From: the human T2T-CHM13v2.0 reference genome, Homo sapiens
Length of the DNA stretch: 64,000 nucleotides
Direction: 5' to 3' (one strand)
Assembly (NCBI RefSeq): GCF_009914755.1
Contig: NC_060927.1
Part shown: positions 1-16,600 of the stretch, one piece after another
Numbering within the stretch: position 1 is the first letter of the stretch
Layout: every line of letters starts with the position of its first letter
The notes under the pieces: model-generated
What the model saw: only the letters and a program-made list of their open reading frames with translations
What the model was told of the DNA's origin: nothing
Databases searched by the model: none
Program-made: the position numbers and the translations under genes

Positions 1-1832
1 ATGGTCGGTGAACTCCCTGCAGACATCTTATTTTGCAAAGTTCTCTAACATTACATCACACCACTCTGATATTGAAAGGTAACCATTTGGTTACTGCCCT
101 CTAATTTATCTTTTACTTCAACCACAGTATTTTTCTTAATTACTGTTGCAGTGTTACTTTGTTAATGTCTGTGGGCCCTCTTTTTTTTTTTTCCAGCTGT
201 TAATATGGTTCTTAAAAATTGGAATTCAGAGACTATTGACACCAATTTTATCCTAAAAACATTATTTAAGTGCAAAGGATTATCAGTATTTACCAAAAAA
301 GGCTTTAGCTATAATAAAAGACAAATACTTATTTGAACAAGTTATTAAATAAAAATTTTTTCCTTAAACATTTTAAATTTCAAGAAATGAGAAATATTAT
401 CAAATCAACTACTTTAATGCCTTCTTTGAATTCTTCAGTTTTTCAATAATTATAATTTATTGCCTAAATCAAAATAAATAAATGATACGATTAGTAGCCA
501 CACAGCAAATTTGGCCAAAATCAATCCCAAAAGTCAAAAATCTCATTTTATCTTTATTCCACTTATGATTTTCTTAAAGTAGATGCACAGTTTTTCATTC
601 AACAAATAGTTTTAGTGCAGGGACCACATTCCAGACACTGCTCTTTGTCTTTCAGCTTTCAAAATGAATTAGATCCTGCTTTCTCTTTGAATACCTACAT
701 ACAAAAGCAAATCACTCTGCTAAATAATAAATTAAATTGTTATAACTTGATTTAGTCTGTAATATATCAAAATTAAAACATATTAAAGAAAAAATAAATT
801 TTCTGAATTTGGGAAACTGGATTATTTTGAATATATTATAGTGTCCCAGATAAAATAATAATTTGAATTATCTTTTTAAGGTAATAGTTTGTTGTCATTT
901 GTTGTTGATATCGCTAAGGTGTATTTGACAATGGTCTATAATTAAGTAATTAAAGTTACATAATTATTTCATAGTCAAGAAACTAATCAATTTTGACATT
1001 GCAGCCACCTAAAACCAAAAATACCACTTTTATTGTGAGAATAAAACAATAGAAGGTAAGTTACTAGAGTTTATTTGTAGTCTTTATTGTTGACAATAGG
1101 GCACATCCCCTCACTTTCACACGCACTAATTTCTTTCTCTATCACAAATTTGATTTCCATTTTTAAGAGGATGCTTTAAAGACTGCTCAACAATGACAGT
1201 ATGAAATTATGTTGACCTCAAGTCTTTGACTCAGGCCAATCTGGGTTCCAATCCTGATTTTGCCACTTATCATCTATGAAACCCTGGGCTGTTTCTTAGC
1301 CTCTTGATTTGGCTGAAATTAAATAAAACTTATTATTGCACATATGAAGTTGTCCAGAGACAGGGAAGTCCCCAGGCACAGTCTATTAGGTCTCTGCCTC
1401 TCTTTCTCTCTGATGTTATTGGCCTGCCCTCCTATGGTTCTTGTACTGGTAACAACATGTTTGCAGAAGTCCTGGGCATTATGTTGACAGGAAGTTACCC
1501 AGAAAAAGAAAAAGAAGTGCTGTTATTTCTGTCTTTACCCAGAAACTGCCTAGAAGACATCCCCTTGTGTCACTGGCCAGAATTAGGTCATGTGGCCATT
1601 TTTAAACCAATCGTGCCAGAGGAAAATGATTGCCATTCATGTTTAGCTTCATATCTATCCCTAGAGCTGTAGATGATGTCAGCTCTCTCTGAATCACACA
1701 GGAGACAGTTTGATTTGGAAACTTAAACAAAATTTAGGCCCCATGAGCAAGAATTATGAATGGTTGGGTAACCAACATAGTCCATTACCTATTAGTTGAC
1801 TGCCTACCAAGGAAGATGGTAGATTGGCAGAA

Positions 1833-1940
1833 GTCTCTTTTCTCTCTCTGTCTTTCTGTTTCTCTATCTCTCTCTCTCTGTCTCTCTCCCCCCCCAACAC
1901 ACACACACATACATACACACATTCACACTCACAAACATAC
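1833..1940. repeat. Compound (CT)n/(CA)n microsatellite
   Basis: Directly visible in the sequence. Confidence 0.85.
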
Positions 1941-1959
1941 CATCGCCAATCCTCTGCAT

Positions 1960-3598
<1,639 letters not shown>

Positions 3599-4499
3599 TG
3601 ATGCAACTTCTCTATAGAAGAAAACTTCGATCTCCTGAATGTAGGGGAAGTATGGCCTTTAAGTTTGGCTGTTATATTCTAGTTCTTGAATAGGGTGGGC
3701 TAAAATAATCATGTGGGTCTTACTACTCAGAATGTAGAGATTCATTTAGCTGCCATAATTTTAGTGTGTTACTTTATGTTATATTCATCTTAGGTGAGTT
3801 CCTTAGTCAATTCCCTCTATCCTACATACTGCAGACAATAATTCCCCATTTCACTGAAGAGTTGAAGTCAAAGGAGGAATAGTTTTCTGTCTATGCCAGG
3901 AGAGACAGAGGATCTGAGGCACAGAGACTTCCTATAAAGACTTTATATTTGGCTTGTGGCCCTATCACATAACTTCACATTCCAACATACATACTAGCTC
4001 CAAATTATGAGTCTTTTTCTAACAAGAACTGCTTTGTTTCTTACTGAAATTTTCATCTGCAGGCATACAAATTTCAGCTTCTTGAAACTTGTATATAAAG
4101 TCTGAATGATCAACATATTAAACATATATTCTTTAAAAACTGTATCATCAAAATGAACTTAATCACTAAAGAGTGAGCTTGATGGTGTCAACATTCCATA
4201 ACATATATTTATTTTACTGTATCTATATAATTACACCTCAATAAAATTTGAACTTGACCTGTGGGAATGAGGTGATCTGGAGGAAAATGTTTTAAGGGTT
4301 CTTTGTAGAAAGTCTGTGTTTGTTTCATCTGCTGATAAGGACATACTTGTGATTCCAACTAAACTACTCTGCTTTATTCATGCTTCTGTTTGAAGAAATA
4401 AAATGTGCTAAGTTAGGTACTTTAAATCAATAGATGCAGCTCTCAGGGACTGGATGAAAATGTCTTTTATGAAACTATTTTGATGCTTTATTAAATAAA

Positions 4500-5370
<871 letters not shown>

Positions 5371-7540
5371 GAAATAATTAAGTATTATACACATAAAAAC
5401 TAGAAAGATTTTAAATTGAACTATAGCCCTGTTAAGATTGCTTTTAATAAGATTTTGCATAAAGTAAAATTTAAAAGCTTGATTATGAAATAATTTAAAT
5501 CCTTTCAAAAACTTCCATAAACAAACTGGAACCTCCAATTGTTCATGTAAAACATGAACAATATGTAAACATGTAAAACAATATGCCTAGCAAGCTTTCT
5601 AGACAGCACATGATTTGTAACTGCATTTGTATATTCTGAAACCTTTGTAGTATATTTAAATTATTTTAAATATAAATTCAGTTTAGCATTAAGTCAAAAA
5701 AATTTAAACGAAAGTTAAAACTATCAAAGTAGTTCAAATTCAATATCAGTTTTAATAAAAACTCTCAAAACATATAATCTTTACAACCAAGACAAATTAG
5801 TTTTTCATTTTTCTAAACTCAATCCAGTGTTTTTCCTATAATGATTTTAAGCACTAATGCAAGAGAGAAGGTCCACAAAACATCTGCTATTTTATTTTGC
5901 ATTAATTTGTTCTTTGCAGTAATTTGAGAAAATACATTCAAAAATTAAACAAAGTTCAGTTTTCAACGTAACTAAGAAACCAATTGTATTCAAATTATAA
6001 AATAAATCTGTGGATGATCTGCAGTACTAGAGTAACATAACTCTGAGAATCAAGTACTCATAGATACTAAGGTCACCATCAAGACAATCTAAATCAATAT
6101 TGTTCCCTTCATATCAAATGTTGCTGAGGCTTTCATATGCCCACCTACAAAAGGAATTTTATTGACTTTTTTAGTGCATCATTTGAAGAAAGTTTGGTCT
6201 TGGTCTCATGACAGAGTGAAGAGGTAGCTATGGAACGTGAGGCATAGGTTTTACATTTCCCTGAGTTGCCACAAGGATCTGCTAATACAATTTGGCATCA
6301 TTCATAGTGCCAGTAATCACTGTGTGCATTTCAGAGATAAAACATTTAGCCTCTTTCAAAGGAATGTAGTAATTGTAAAAAGGAAGATGTTGTGTAAGGT
6401 CACTATGCATGGAGATCTTCTGCTTCTCCAATGAGTTCTTATCAGAAAGTGCCTTCTCTTACCTCCTGGGCCCGTGACAGATAGCAGGCCCAGAGCTACA
6501 CCAAGGCTTTCTACCAACCTCACAGTGTGAACTCCCAGGAAAACATGTCTTATCAACCTGAATTATGAATTAATTTGATATAGCATTGTTTGATATTTTC
6601 ATCGAATTGCTTGAAAGGGTTATGTCTTCTTTGGTTGAATCAGAAACAGGGTAAAGCCCAATATTTATTTTTAAAGTTACATCAGTGCGATTCTGTTTTA
6701 GGAAACTTTGGAAGTTAGTTTGACAAATGATTTTTGATCAAGTATTAGTTTCCAACCTCACAAATGAAATAACTCTTGCTCTGTACTTGCAAGCCATATA
6801 CTACATTAGAAATAGTCACATTGTTTTTACTCTGTAGTGGGCATAAAGAAGAATGTAACAACCTTTCCTAAAATAAAATTTTAAAAACTGTTTAATTTGC
6901 TGTTCAATTTAATGAGATGTACCTAAGATGCCTAACTCCAAGTTGTTATTATCTTTTTTATAAGATAACCTTTTTCTCAATTTTTTGCTCTTTGCAAGAG
7001 CTAAGTACAATCTGAATAAACAATATTAAATAACAACAGAAAACCATTAACTTTTTCCATGAGACATTTCAGGAATGCAAGAATTCATTTTCGATCATTT
7101 GCCAACGTAAGGCTATCTGATCCTTGGAAGCTTTCTCTGTTAATTGAATGGCTTGTACAACTATCTACCTCTTTCCTCAGCATCCAACCCACAGTGTCAT
7201 TCTTAAAATAATTCTTACCGTTTACTTTACAGAAAAAGCAGAGGTCATCAGTATAAAGATTTTGAACTAACTTCCCCTCCTACTTCTGTTGCTCCAACCA
7301 TAGATGGACTTGCATTTATTGTCATTGCTGACTCTCCCGGGAAAGTCTCTCCAATTTTGCTCTGGATCCACTCACTTGCAACTTCCTCACACACTGTACC
7401 TTATCAATGGCCCTCTCTCCTACACACTCACCTCTCTCTCTTTACATTTAGAAGCACTTAAATACAATACAGACTCTATCATAATAAAAGTAATAGGCTC
7501 ATTTCTTTGGCCCTACATATTCATCTACCAAATTTCTAGG

Positions 7541-8280
7541 CCAGAGATTCTCAAACATTTTGGTCTCAGAAATACTTTCCATCCCTAAAAATTATTAAAG
7601 GCCCCAAAGACCTTTTATTTGTAAGGGTTATATTCATTGATATTTACTGTATTCAAAGTTACTGTATTCAAAGTACTGTATTCAAAGTTAAAACAGATAT
7701 TTAAATAATATTTATTCATTTTAAAATAACAATGTTAACTAGGTAACATCAATAACATGTCAAAAATAACTATATTTTATAACAAAACATTTAGTTAAAA
7801 GAATGGCAAATTTCTTTAATACTTGGGTTAGGAGGACACAGCTATACTCATGTCTTCCGCATTTAATTCCTCATGGGGTTTTTGAAGTACATGAAGAAAT
7901 CTAGCCTCATACAAATATGTAGCAAAAAAAAAAGACAAGATTATCTTAATAGCCTTTTCAGATAAGTGTGGATAGTCTTCTTTGATGACTTACCAAAATT
8001 TGAAAAATGGCAATTTCTGAAAGGTTGGTTGTGATGTGAAATCTTTGTTTGGTATTCTGTTATATTAAAAATTAAAATCAATTCATGTATCTTGCTATTT
8101 GAATGGATCTTTTACCCATGTATGATTTTGTAACTTTGTGCATCAAATGTTTCCAATATATTGGCTCACTTAGTCATACAGAGCTTCCAAATATACATTG
8201 GAAAATTCCCCCACATACTCATGAGATAATGAAAGTGAAAAAAGGCAAATAACACTTTAATATTAGTATAAAAATAATGT
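7541..8280 (+). mobile_element. hAT-Charlie-type DNA transposon fragment (Charlie4-like)
   Basis: cagagattctcaaacattttggtctcag...aaaaattattaaaggcccc terminal motif. Confidence 0.55.
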
Positions 8281-9041
8281 TGATTGTTTCCAGACTGTAG
8301 GGCCTAGTGATTAAGAGAGCAGGATCTGGTGTCAGACTAATATGTACAACTATAAGCTCTGCCCACCTTAGGAAAGATACATGCCTCCATTTATCATGGG
8401 TATAATAAAATATCTACATCATTAGAACTGTTGTTATGTTGAGATGACATAATACATGTAACATAATGGCACACAGTAAATGACCAAGAATGACGGTTTT
8501 GCTTTGTTTTTTAAAATGTCCTTTTAGTTCTGATTTTCTCCTGTGCTTTCAATTTATATTCATGTTCTCTATACCTTTACTTTGTCCTCTCTTCTGGGAT
8601 CTGACATTCAGGGTAAATGTGTCCTTAGGTCCTGACTGAAGAAAACGTTCAGGTTAGAATCTTCAGCTAAATCCAAATTGGACCAGAAGACAACTTCATT
8701 CATGCTTTTTAGGAAGTGAGACAATTTCTAGAACGTGGAAAGCAAAGCAAATTGAGTCATTTAATCCCAGGATCCAGAAGTTTCACAGGTGAAGGATATG
8801 ACTTACTAAGGGAAGGATATGACTTATTAAGAGAAATCTCTAACTATGTATAGGGGCTCCTCGGACATATTTGTGATAGGAAGCAGAGTTTCTCTTTCAG
8901 GCTGCTTGAGTTAATGGAACATTTGGGAAGAGCATGATGTTAGCATGGGAGAATAGTTGCATTTAGCTCCTGGGCCATAGAAAGAAAACAGCTGACTTCA
9001 GTCCTTTGTAAGAAGTCTGGCGCAAGTTGGATTCAAATTTC

Positions 9042-9575
9042 CTGTTCTGGTTACAATTGCTGTGTAACAAATCACCCCAAAATCTGGCAGTGCCACTTAC
9101 AACCACCATTTTATTAAGCTCACAGATTCTGGCCTCAGAAATTCAGAAAATGCACAGTAAAAACAGCTTCACCCTGCTTCTCCTTGTCTGTGGTGTCAGC
9201 CAGGAAGATTCAAAGGCTGAGAGAAAACTGAAAGAGCTGGAATCATCTGAAGGCTCATTCACTCACTGTTGGGCTCAGTGCCTATGCACAGTCTCTCCAG
9301 GGAGCCTGAGCTAATTCACAGCAGACAGCTTCAAGGTAGTCAGACTTTATATGGTGGCTTAGAACTCCAAGAGTGAGTGTTCCAGAAACAAACTCGAAAC
9401 TGCACTTCCCCTCATGTCCCAGCTTCATAAGCCACACAGTGTCATTCCCACCACACTCACCTGGTTGAAACATTCACAATCACAAGACTACCCATATTCA
9501 AGGGGAGGGGACAAAGACCCCATCTCTCGCTAGGAGTAGTGTCAAATAATTTTTGGCCACGTTTTAAAACTACCT
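9042..9575 (-). mobile_element. MLT1-family MaLR LTR
   Basis: attgctgtgtaacaaatcaccccaaaa...gctcacagattctg...cccatattcaaggggagggg. Confidence 0.75.
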
Positions 9576-11210
9576 GAGTGCTAGACAAGGAAACTATTAA
9601 GTGGAGTTTAATGTGAAGAACAATTTAATCCCGTGAGCGTGGACCCAGGGACGGAGAACAAACAGAAGCAACAAAACATTTCTGAGCCCAGGAAGTCAGA
9701 GGTTAACTTGGATACTTCAGGACTTGGCTGACTTGGGCTGGAGAAGCATCAGAGTTTCTTTGGTAGCAGAGCTGGATATGAAGAGACCGAATGCGGAAGC
9801 TTGGCAAGGAAAATGGGAGAACAGAGAATAAAGAAAACAAAATCACTCAGAATCCAACTCCCCAGAAGTAACTGGTCTTTACATTCTGATGTGTTTCTTT
9901 TAGTGTTGTGTCTGCAATATATGTATATTTATGATTTATGTTGTGTGTATGTAAGCAAGAAAGAACATGCATGTGAAGCAACATTGCAATCATACCATAT
10001 AAACAATTTTATGTCCCATCTTTCAACTCAAGAATTGGCTTACTTCTCATTGGCATCCCACCCTGAACAGATTTACATTTCAGTTCTGTTCACTTCTGCT
10101 AAATCAGCTAAGTTAGTCTTGATAGAGTTCCTGTGTGCCTAAGTTTCTCTGTCCATTGCCAACAACTTGCCACTGAGTTTTTGTTGTTATTGGTGTTTTA
10201 AGTATTTACCAATTTGAAAAAGGCTTTCCAACCAAGAAAGGAACAAAGTCATTAATTACTCCTGTCCATAAACCTAAGGGCCAAAGCCTCTAATATATTA
10301 AATAACAAAGTTTCTGCCTTATAAAGCAGACTCTGCCATCTTGCACCAATGCACCATTCCTGGTGCAGAAGCAACAGCAACAGCAAAGATTACAAGCAAA
10401 TAAACAAACACAAACCAAACTGCTACTGCAATCATTGCTCATCGCTTCCAGAAATATTGAGAAGGACCCAGGTTACATATTTGGCCACCTAAGGTCTTAG
10501 GTGGTTTTCTCCTTGTAACAAATGCCTAAAACAATATAATTGACTCCCATCCCCTCAACTGGTACCCTCATTTACCAGCAACCGATTGTTATGAGATAGA
10601 AACAAGGCCAATTAACAGCTCCCAAGCTTCCTGTGTTGACTTCTGAGACACTCGCTCCATTCCTAACCTCCTAACCCCCTGCTCTATTCCTAACGCTTGC
10701 TCCATCCCTAACCTCCTAACCCCTTCTGAAAGCAGGAACTGCAGAGCAATTGAGTGAGGAGAAAAATTATTCCTAGATTTTTATCAGAGGACAAAACTTT
10801 AGCCAGGTGTTAAATGTCTCTTGCTAAAAGGCTTAGAAAAGCATAAGAAGAGAGAGTCAAGCTGAATATAGAACGTGTTGCATTTTTAAACAAAAATGCC
10901 TTTTTTTTTCTTTTGGCCAATGGATATTTCCAAATAACTAGTGTCTGCTTTAAAGTAACTATCATGACTGGGAACACAATAATTCTAATGATGCTATTCT
11001 TATCCACAGCCTTCTAAATGTGTCATGTGAAGTTATCTTTATAGAGATGATCATATTATTTTGCTTATACTCAATGGCATTTATTCAACATTTGTTTCGT
11101 CCCTACTTCTTGTTAGTTACTGCTATAGGCAGTGAGGATATAGGGCAAACATAACACACAGTATCTCTGCCTTTTCAGAACTTATAAACAAGCAAACAAA
11201 TTATATTTCT

Positions 11211-12062
11211 TTTTTTCCATAACTTATTGGGGTACAGGTGGCATTTGGTTACATGAGTAACTTCTTTATTGGTGATTTGTGAGATTTTGGTGCACCCATC
11301 ACCCAAGCAGTGTACAGTGTACCATATTTGTAGTCTTTTATCCCTCGTCCCCCTCCCACTCTTCCCCCCAAGTCCCTAAAGTCCATCGTATCATTCTTAT
11401 GCCTTTGTGTCCTTATAGCTTAGCTCCCACATATCAGTGAGAATATATGATATTTGGCTTCCTATTCCTGAGTTACATCACTTAGAATAATAGTCTCCAA
11501 TCTCACCCAGGTCACCACGAATGCTGTTAATTCATTCTTTTTATGGCTGTGTAGTATTCCATGGTATATACATACCATGGTTTCTTTATCCACTCGTTGA
11601 CTGATGGGTATTTGGGTTGGTTCCACAATTTTGCAATTGCGAATTGTGCTGCTATAAACATGCATGTGCAAGTATCTTTTTTGAATAATGACTTATTTTC
11701 TTCTGGGTAGATACCCAATAGTGGGATTGCTGAATCAAACAAATCAGTAAGAAAGAAAGAAACAATCCCATCAAAAAGTTGGCTAAGGACATAAATAGAC
11801 AATTCTGAAAATAAGATATACAAATGGTCAACAAACATATGAAAAAATGCTCAACATCACTAATGATCAGGGAAATGCAAATCAAACCACAATGTGATAC
11901 CACCTTACTCTTGCAAGAATGGCCATAATCAAAAAATAAAAAACAGTAGATATTGGTGTGGAGACGGCGAACAGGGAACACGTTACTGCTGGTGGGAATG
12001 TAAACTAGTACAGCCACTGCGGAAAACAGTTTGGCAATTCCTTATAGAACTAAAAGTAGAAC
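11211..12062 (-). mobile_element. 5'-truncated, 5'-inverted L1PB-type element
   Basis: L1PB 3' end on minus to ~11739, then the ORF2 C-terminal region on plus to ~12062. Degenerate 16-bp TSD aacaaattatatttct (11195-11210) / aacaagtaatatttct (12060-12075). Confidence 0.88.
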
Positions 12063-13711
12063 AAGTAATATTTCTGATGGTGTTACCTGCCAAGAAGAGA
12101 GAATGACGTGAGGGACTGGATGGGTCTGGGCATGTCTTCCTGAGGTGGTGACATGAAGAAAAGGGGTAAGCTACCTGAAGACGTAAGAATGATCTAGGAC
12201 CCTTCTGGGAAACAAAGCTTTGTGAGTAAATGGAAAGCCACTGGTGGTTTTCAGAATGGAGTAATTTAATTTGGTAAAGATGGGTTTAACATAAGTGAGT
12301 GAATATGGTGAGTGTTTCAACTGAAGCATAGAGTTTATGACACGAATTCTGTTTTGTAGTTTGCAGAATAGGGGGTCATTTCTAAAAGATGAGTTCCAAA
12401 ACTGTGTTAACAAAAGAGACCTTAGGAAATTATGCTCACCAGGCTCTCACCACAACTAAAGTCCTGACAAAGAATATTTTGTTACACACACACATGAGGG
12501 CAGATAGGTTTGCAAACAATTCAGTGTGTTTAAAACCCAAACAAATGAGTTATCTGTAGCTAGATAACTTGGCTACTCACATTGCTTTTCTTTTCTTTCT
12601 TGGAGGGTTAAATATGATGTTTGATTTTTTAAAAAATTCCTCATGAAAACTTTAATGGCATATAGAGTCTAGAGTTTGTCCAAATGATCACATTCAAACA
12701 GAGGGGCCCAAGGTAAGGCAGTCACCTGAACTCTAAAAACAGAAATGGGTCATGATTCACTAGGGGAAGTCTTGCTAACATGGACATACGGAAACATAGA
12801 ATCCATACACATTTTTTTCACCATTTCGTTTACCACTCAGACTTTGGGTATCTTCCCGTAAGTTTGTCTGTGACTCAGTTTTAGTTTCAGATGACTTAAT
12901 GCTTCCATCTAATCAAGGGAAGCGAACATGATTATTTAACATATCCATGATCCCCAGTTACGATGCCAGGAGCCTCTAAGAGGGCTAATCTTGTGGCCTG
13001 GCATTTTTCATTTTTTCTTTTTACTTAAAAAAAAAAAAATCATTGCTTACATGTGGCCTGCTAACCAAACATTTCTTTTATCCCTTGAGGATATTTCTGG
13101 GTCCATTTGCCTTGATAGCTCATAAAAGCCTATCCAAGAGCCTAAGTTACCTTGTATAGAGCAAAACTAGACCAGTTCCTACACTTCCTTCTTTGCTTTT
13201 ACTTAGTAAAAATGCTAATGTTTCCAAGGGCCAGCCTTATCCACATACATTATCTCATTTTAGTTCTCACAATCACACTGTTATCAAAACAATTCAGGCA
13301 TTATGGCTTTAATTTACAGATGCAAAAGTGGAAGAGCACAGAGCTTCGTGTCCTGCCTAAGGTTATTAGTAAGGCTGGCTGCTACACTCAAGCCAATGTC
13401 TGGGCCCCACAAAATTTAGTACAGTTTAATACATCACAATGTTTCTGTAGAACACATCCCAAACTTTATATATTATTTCCTACCCCAAGATGAGTATTAG
13501 ACACTTATAACTTAAGTGTTTGACGTGCTCTTATTGTATATTTGTTATCTATCATCACAGTTTGTGTGGTTGATAGAGAATTCCAGAAAATGAAGTGTAA
13601 CAGTTGTTAGAGATAATAGTCCTTCCTTCTCTCTCTAGACCATTATGGAAAGAGACTCTGTGGTTTATATTTGAAAATGGCACTGAAAACAGCAGTTAGG
13701 AGATAAATTTA

Positions 13712-15467
<1,756 letters not shown>

Positions 15468-15970
15468 TAGGAGATAAATTTACTTGAATTTCACTATCCT
15501 CTAAAGCTTACATTTCCACATCAATAAAAGTGGTATGATACATGGAAAAGGGGTCACAATAGTTCTGCAAACCTATACCAGCTAGTCTATATGTGCATTT
15601 TCTTGCTTTGCAACCTTTTTGAGTGGTTCAGGAAAAAAATATTAGCAAAAACTGTAATAGGTTGAATTGATCAAAAGGAGGAAGGTGTGAGGGTAGGGAT
15701 GGAAGTAATAAAAGTGGAGTTTGGGAGTTGCCTACTTATTGAGTTGAGTGAGGGCATACAGCAAAGAAACTAAGCCAGTTGTTATAATAAAGCTTAAGAC
15801 TATTCAGGAAAGGAGATGAATGAAGACTTCTAGGAGGTATTACTGGGCATTAGCAAGGTGATTCCTCTTTGCTTTCTCCTCAGTGTTCAGTCTCCTTAAC
15901 ACTCCTTTACATACAGAGAAAATTTACATTGATCTTTAGTGATTTTTAGAGTACTGCTGTGTTTTGTTTG

Positions 15971-16186
15971 TAGGGTTGCCAGATTTGACACATAAAAATA
16001 TTGGGAAATACAGGAAGTACCCACCCCAATTAAATTTGATCGCATTCAAGGACATTCAGATAAACAATGAATAATTTTTCTGTGTGTCTTAAATTCTGTG
16101 TGTCTTAAAAATATGACATTCTTTTACTAAAAATTGATGTCTGAAATTTACATTTAATAGGAACCTGTATTTTATCTAGCAACTTG
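15971..16186. mobile_element. MER53-like hAT MITE
   Basis: Inverted termini tagggttgccagat ... tatctagcaactt. Confidence 0.6.
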
Positions 16187-16276
16187 GCTAAAAACACAGA
16201 TAAAAGCAAGAGAGTTTATTTTATTGGCTTACATGCAAATTGAGGGAAAGTTTCCTGGAGGCTTTCAGGCAGTAAC

Positions 16277-16600
16277 AGCTGTTCCCAAACTTGTCTCGAC
16301 ATTAGAATCACCTGAAGAACTCCAGATGCCAGTGCAGTGGCTCTGGAATTCTGCCAGGGTGTGGGATTTTTTTTCAAAGTATTCCAGGTGACTCATGTAC
16401 AACAGTGAGGAGCTGGTGACTGATGTCCAGTGCTTCTTAACTTTCCCTACATGTAACAAACATCTGGGGAACTTTTAAGTATACCCATGCCCAGATCCCA
16501 CCAAGAACAATTAAATCAATGTCTACAGGCAAGACCCTTGTATTGCTATTAGTATAAAGTTTTCAGTAAATTTTAATGTTTCTTCATTAGAGAGCCCTAA
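16277..16600. mobile_element. MER5A/MER5B fragments
   Basis: cagctgttcccaaactt...attagaatcacctg...ccaggtgactc; a second copy begins cagtgcttcttaac. Confidence 0.6.

Noticed and set aside
1304-1672. 122-aa ORF in the intergenic region
   Set aside because: Starts at TTG, overlaps MIR/MaLR-like repeat fragments, and has no recognisable domain or splice context.
6230-13530. Scattered RCGTG hypoxia-response cores (near 6235, 8733, 12105, 13522)
   Set aside because: Five-base motif at a frequency compatible with chance; no clustering or ancillary element.
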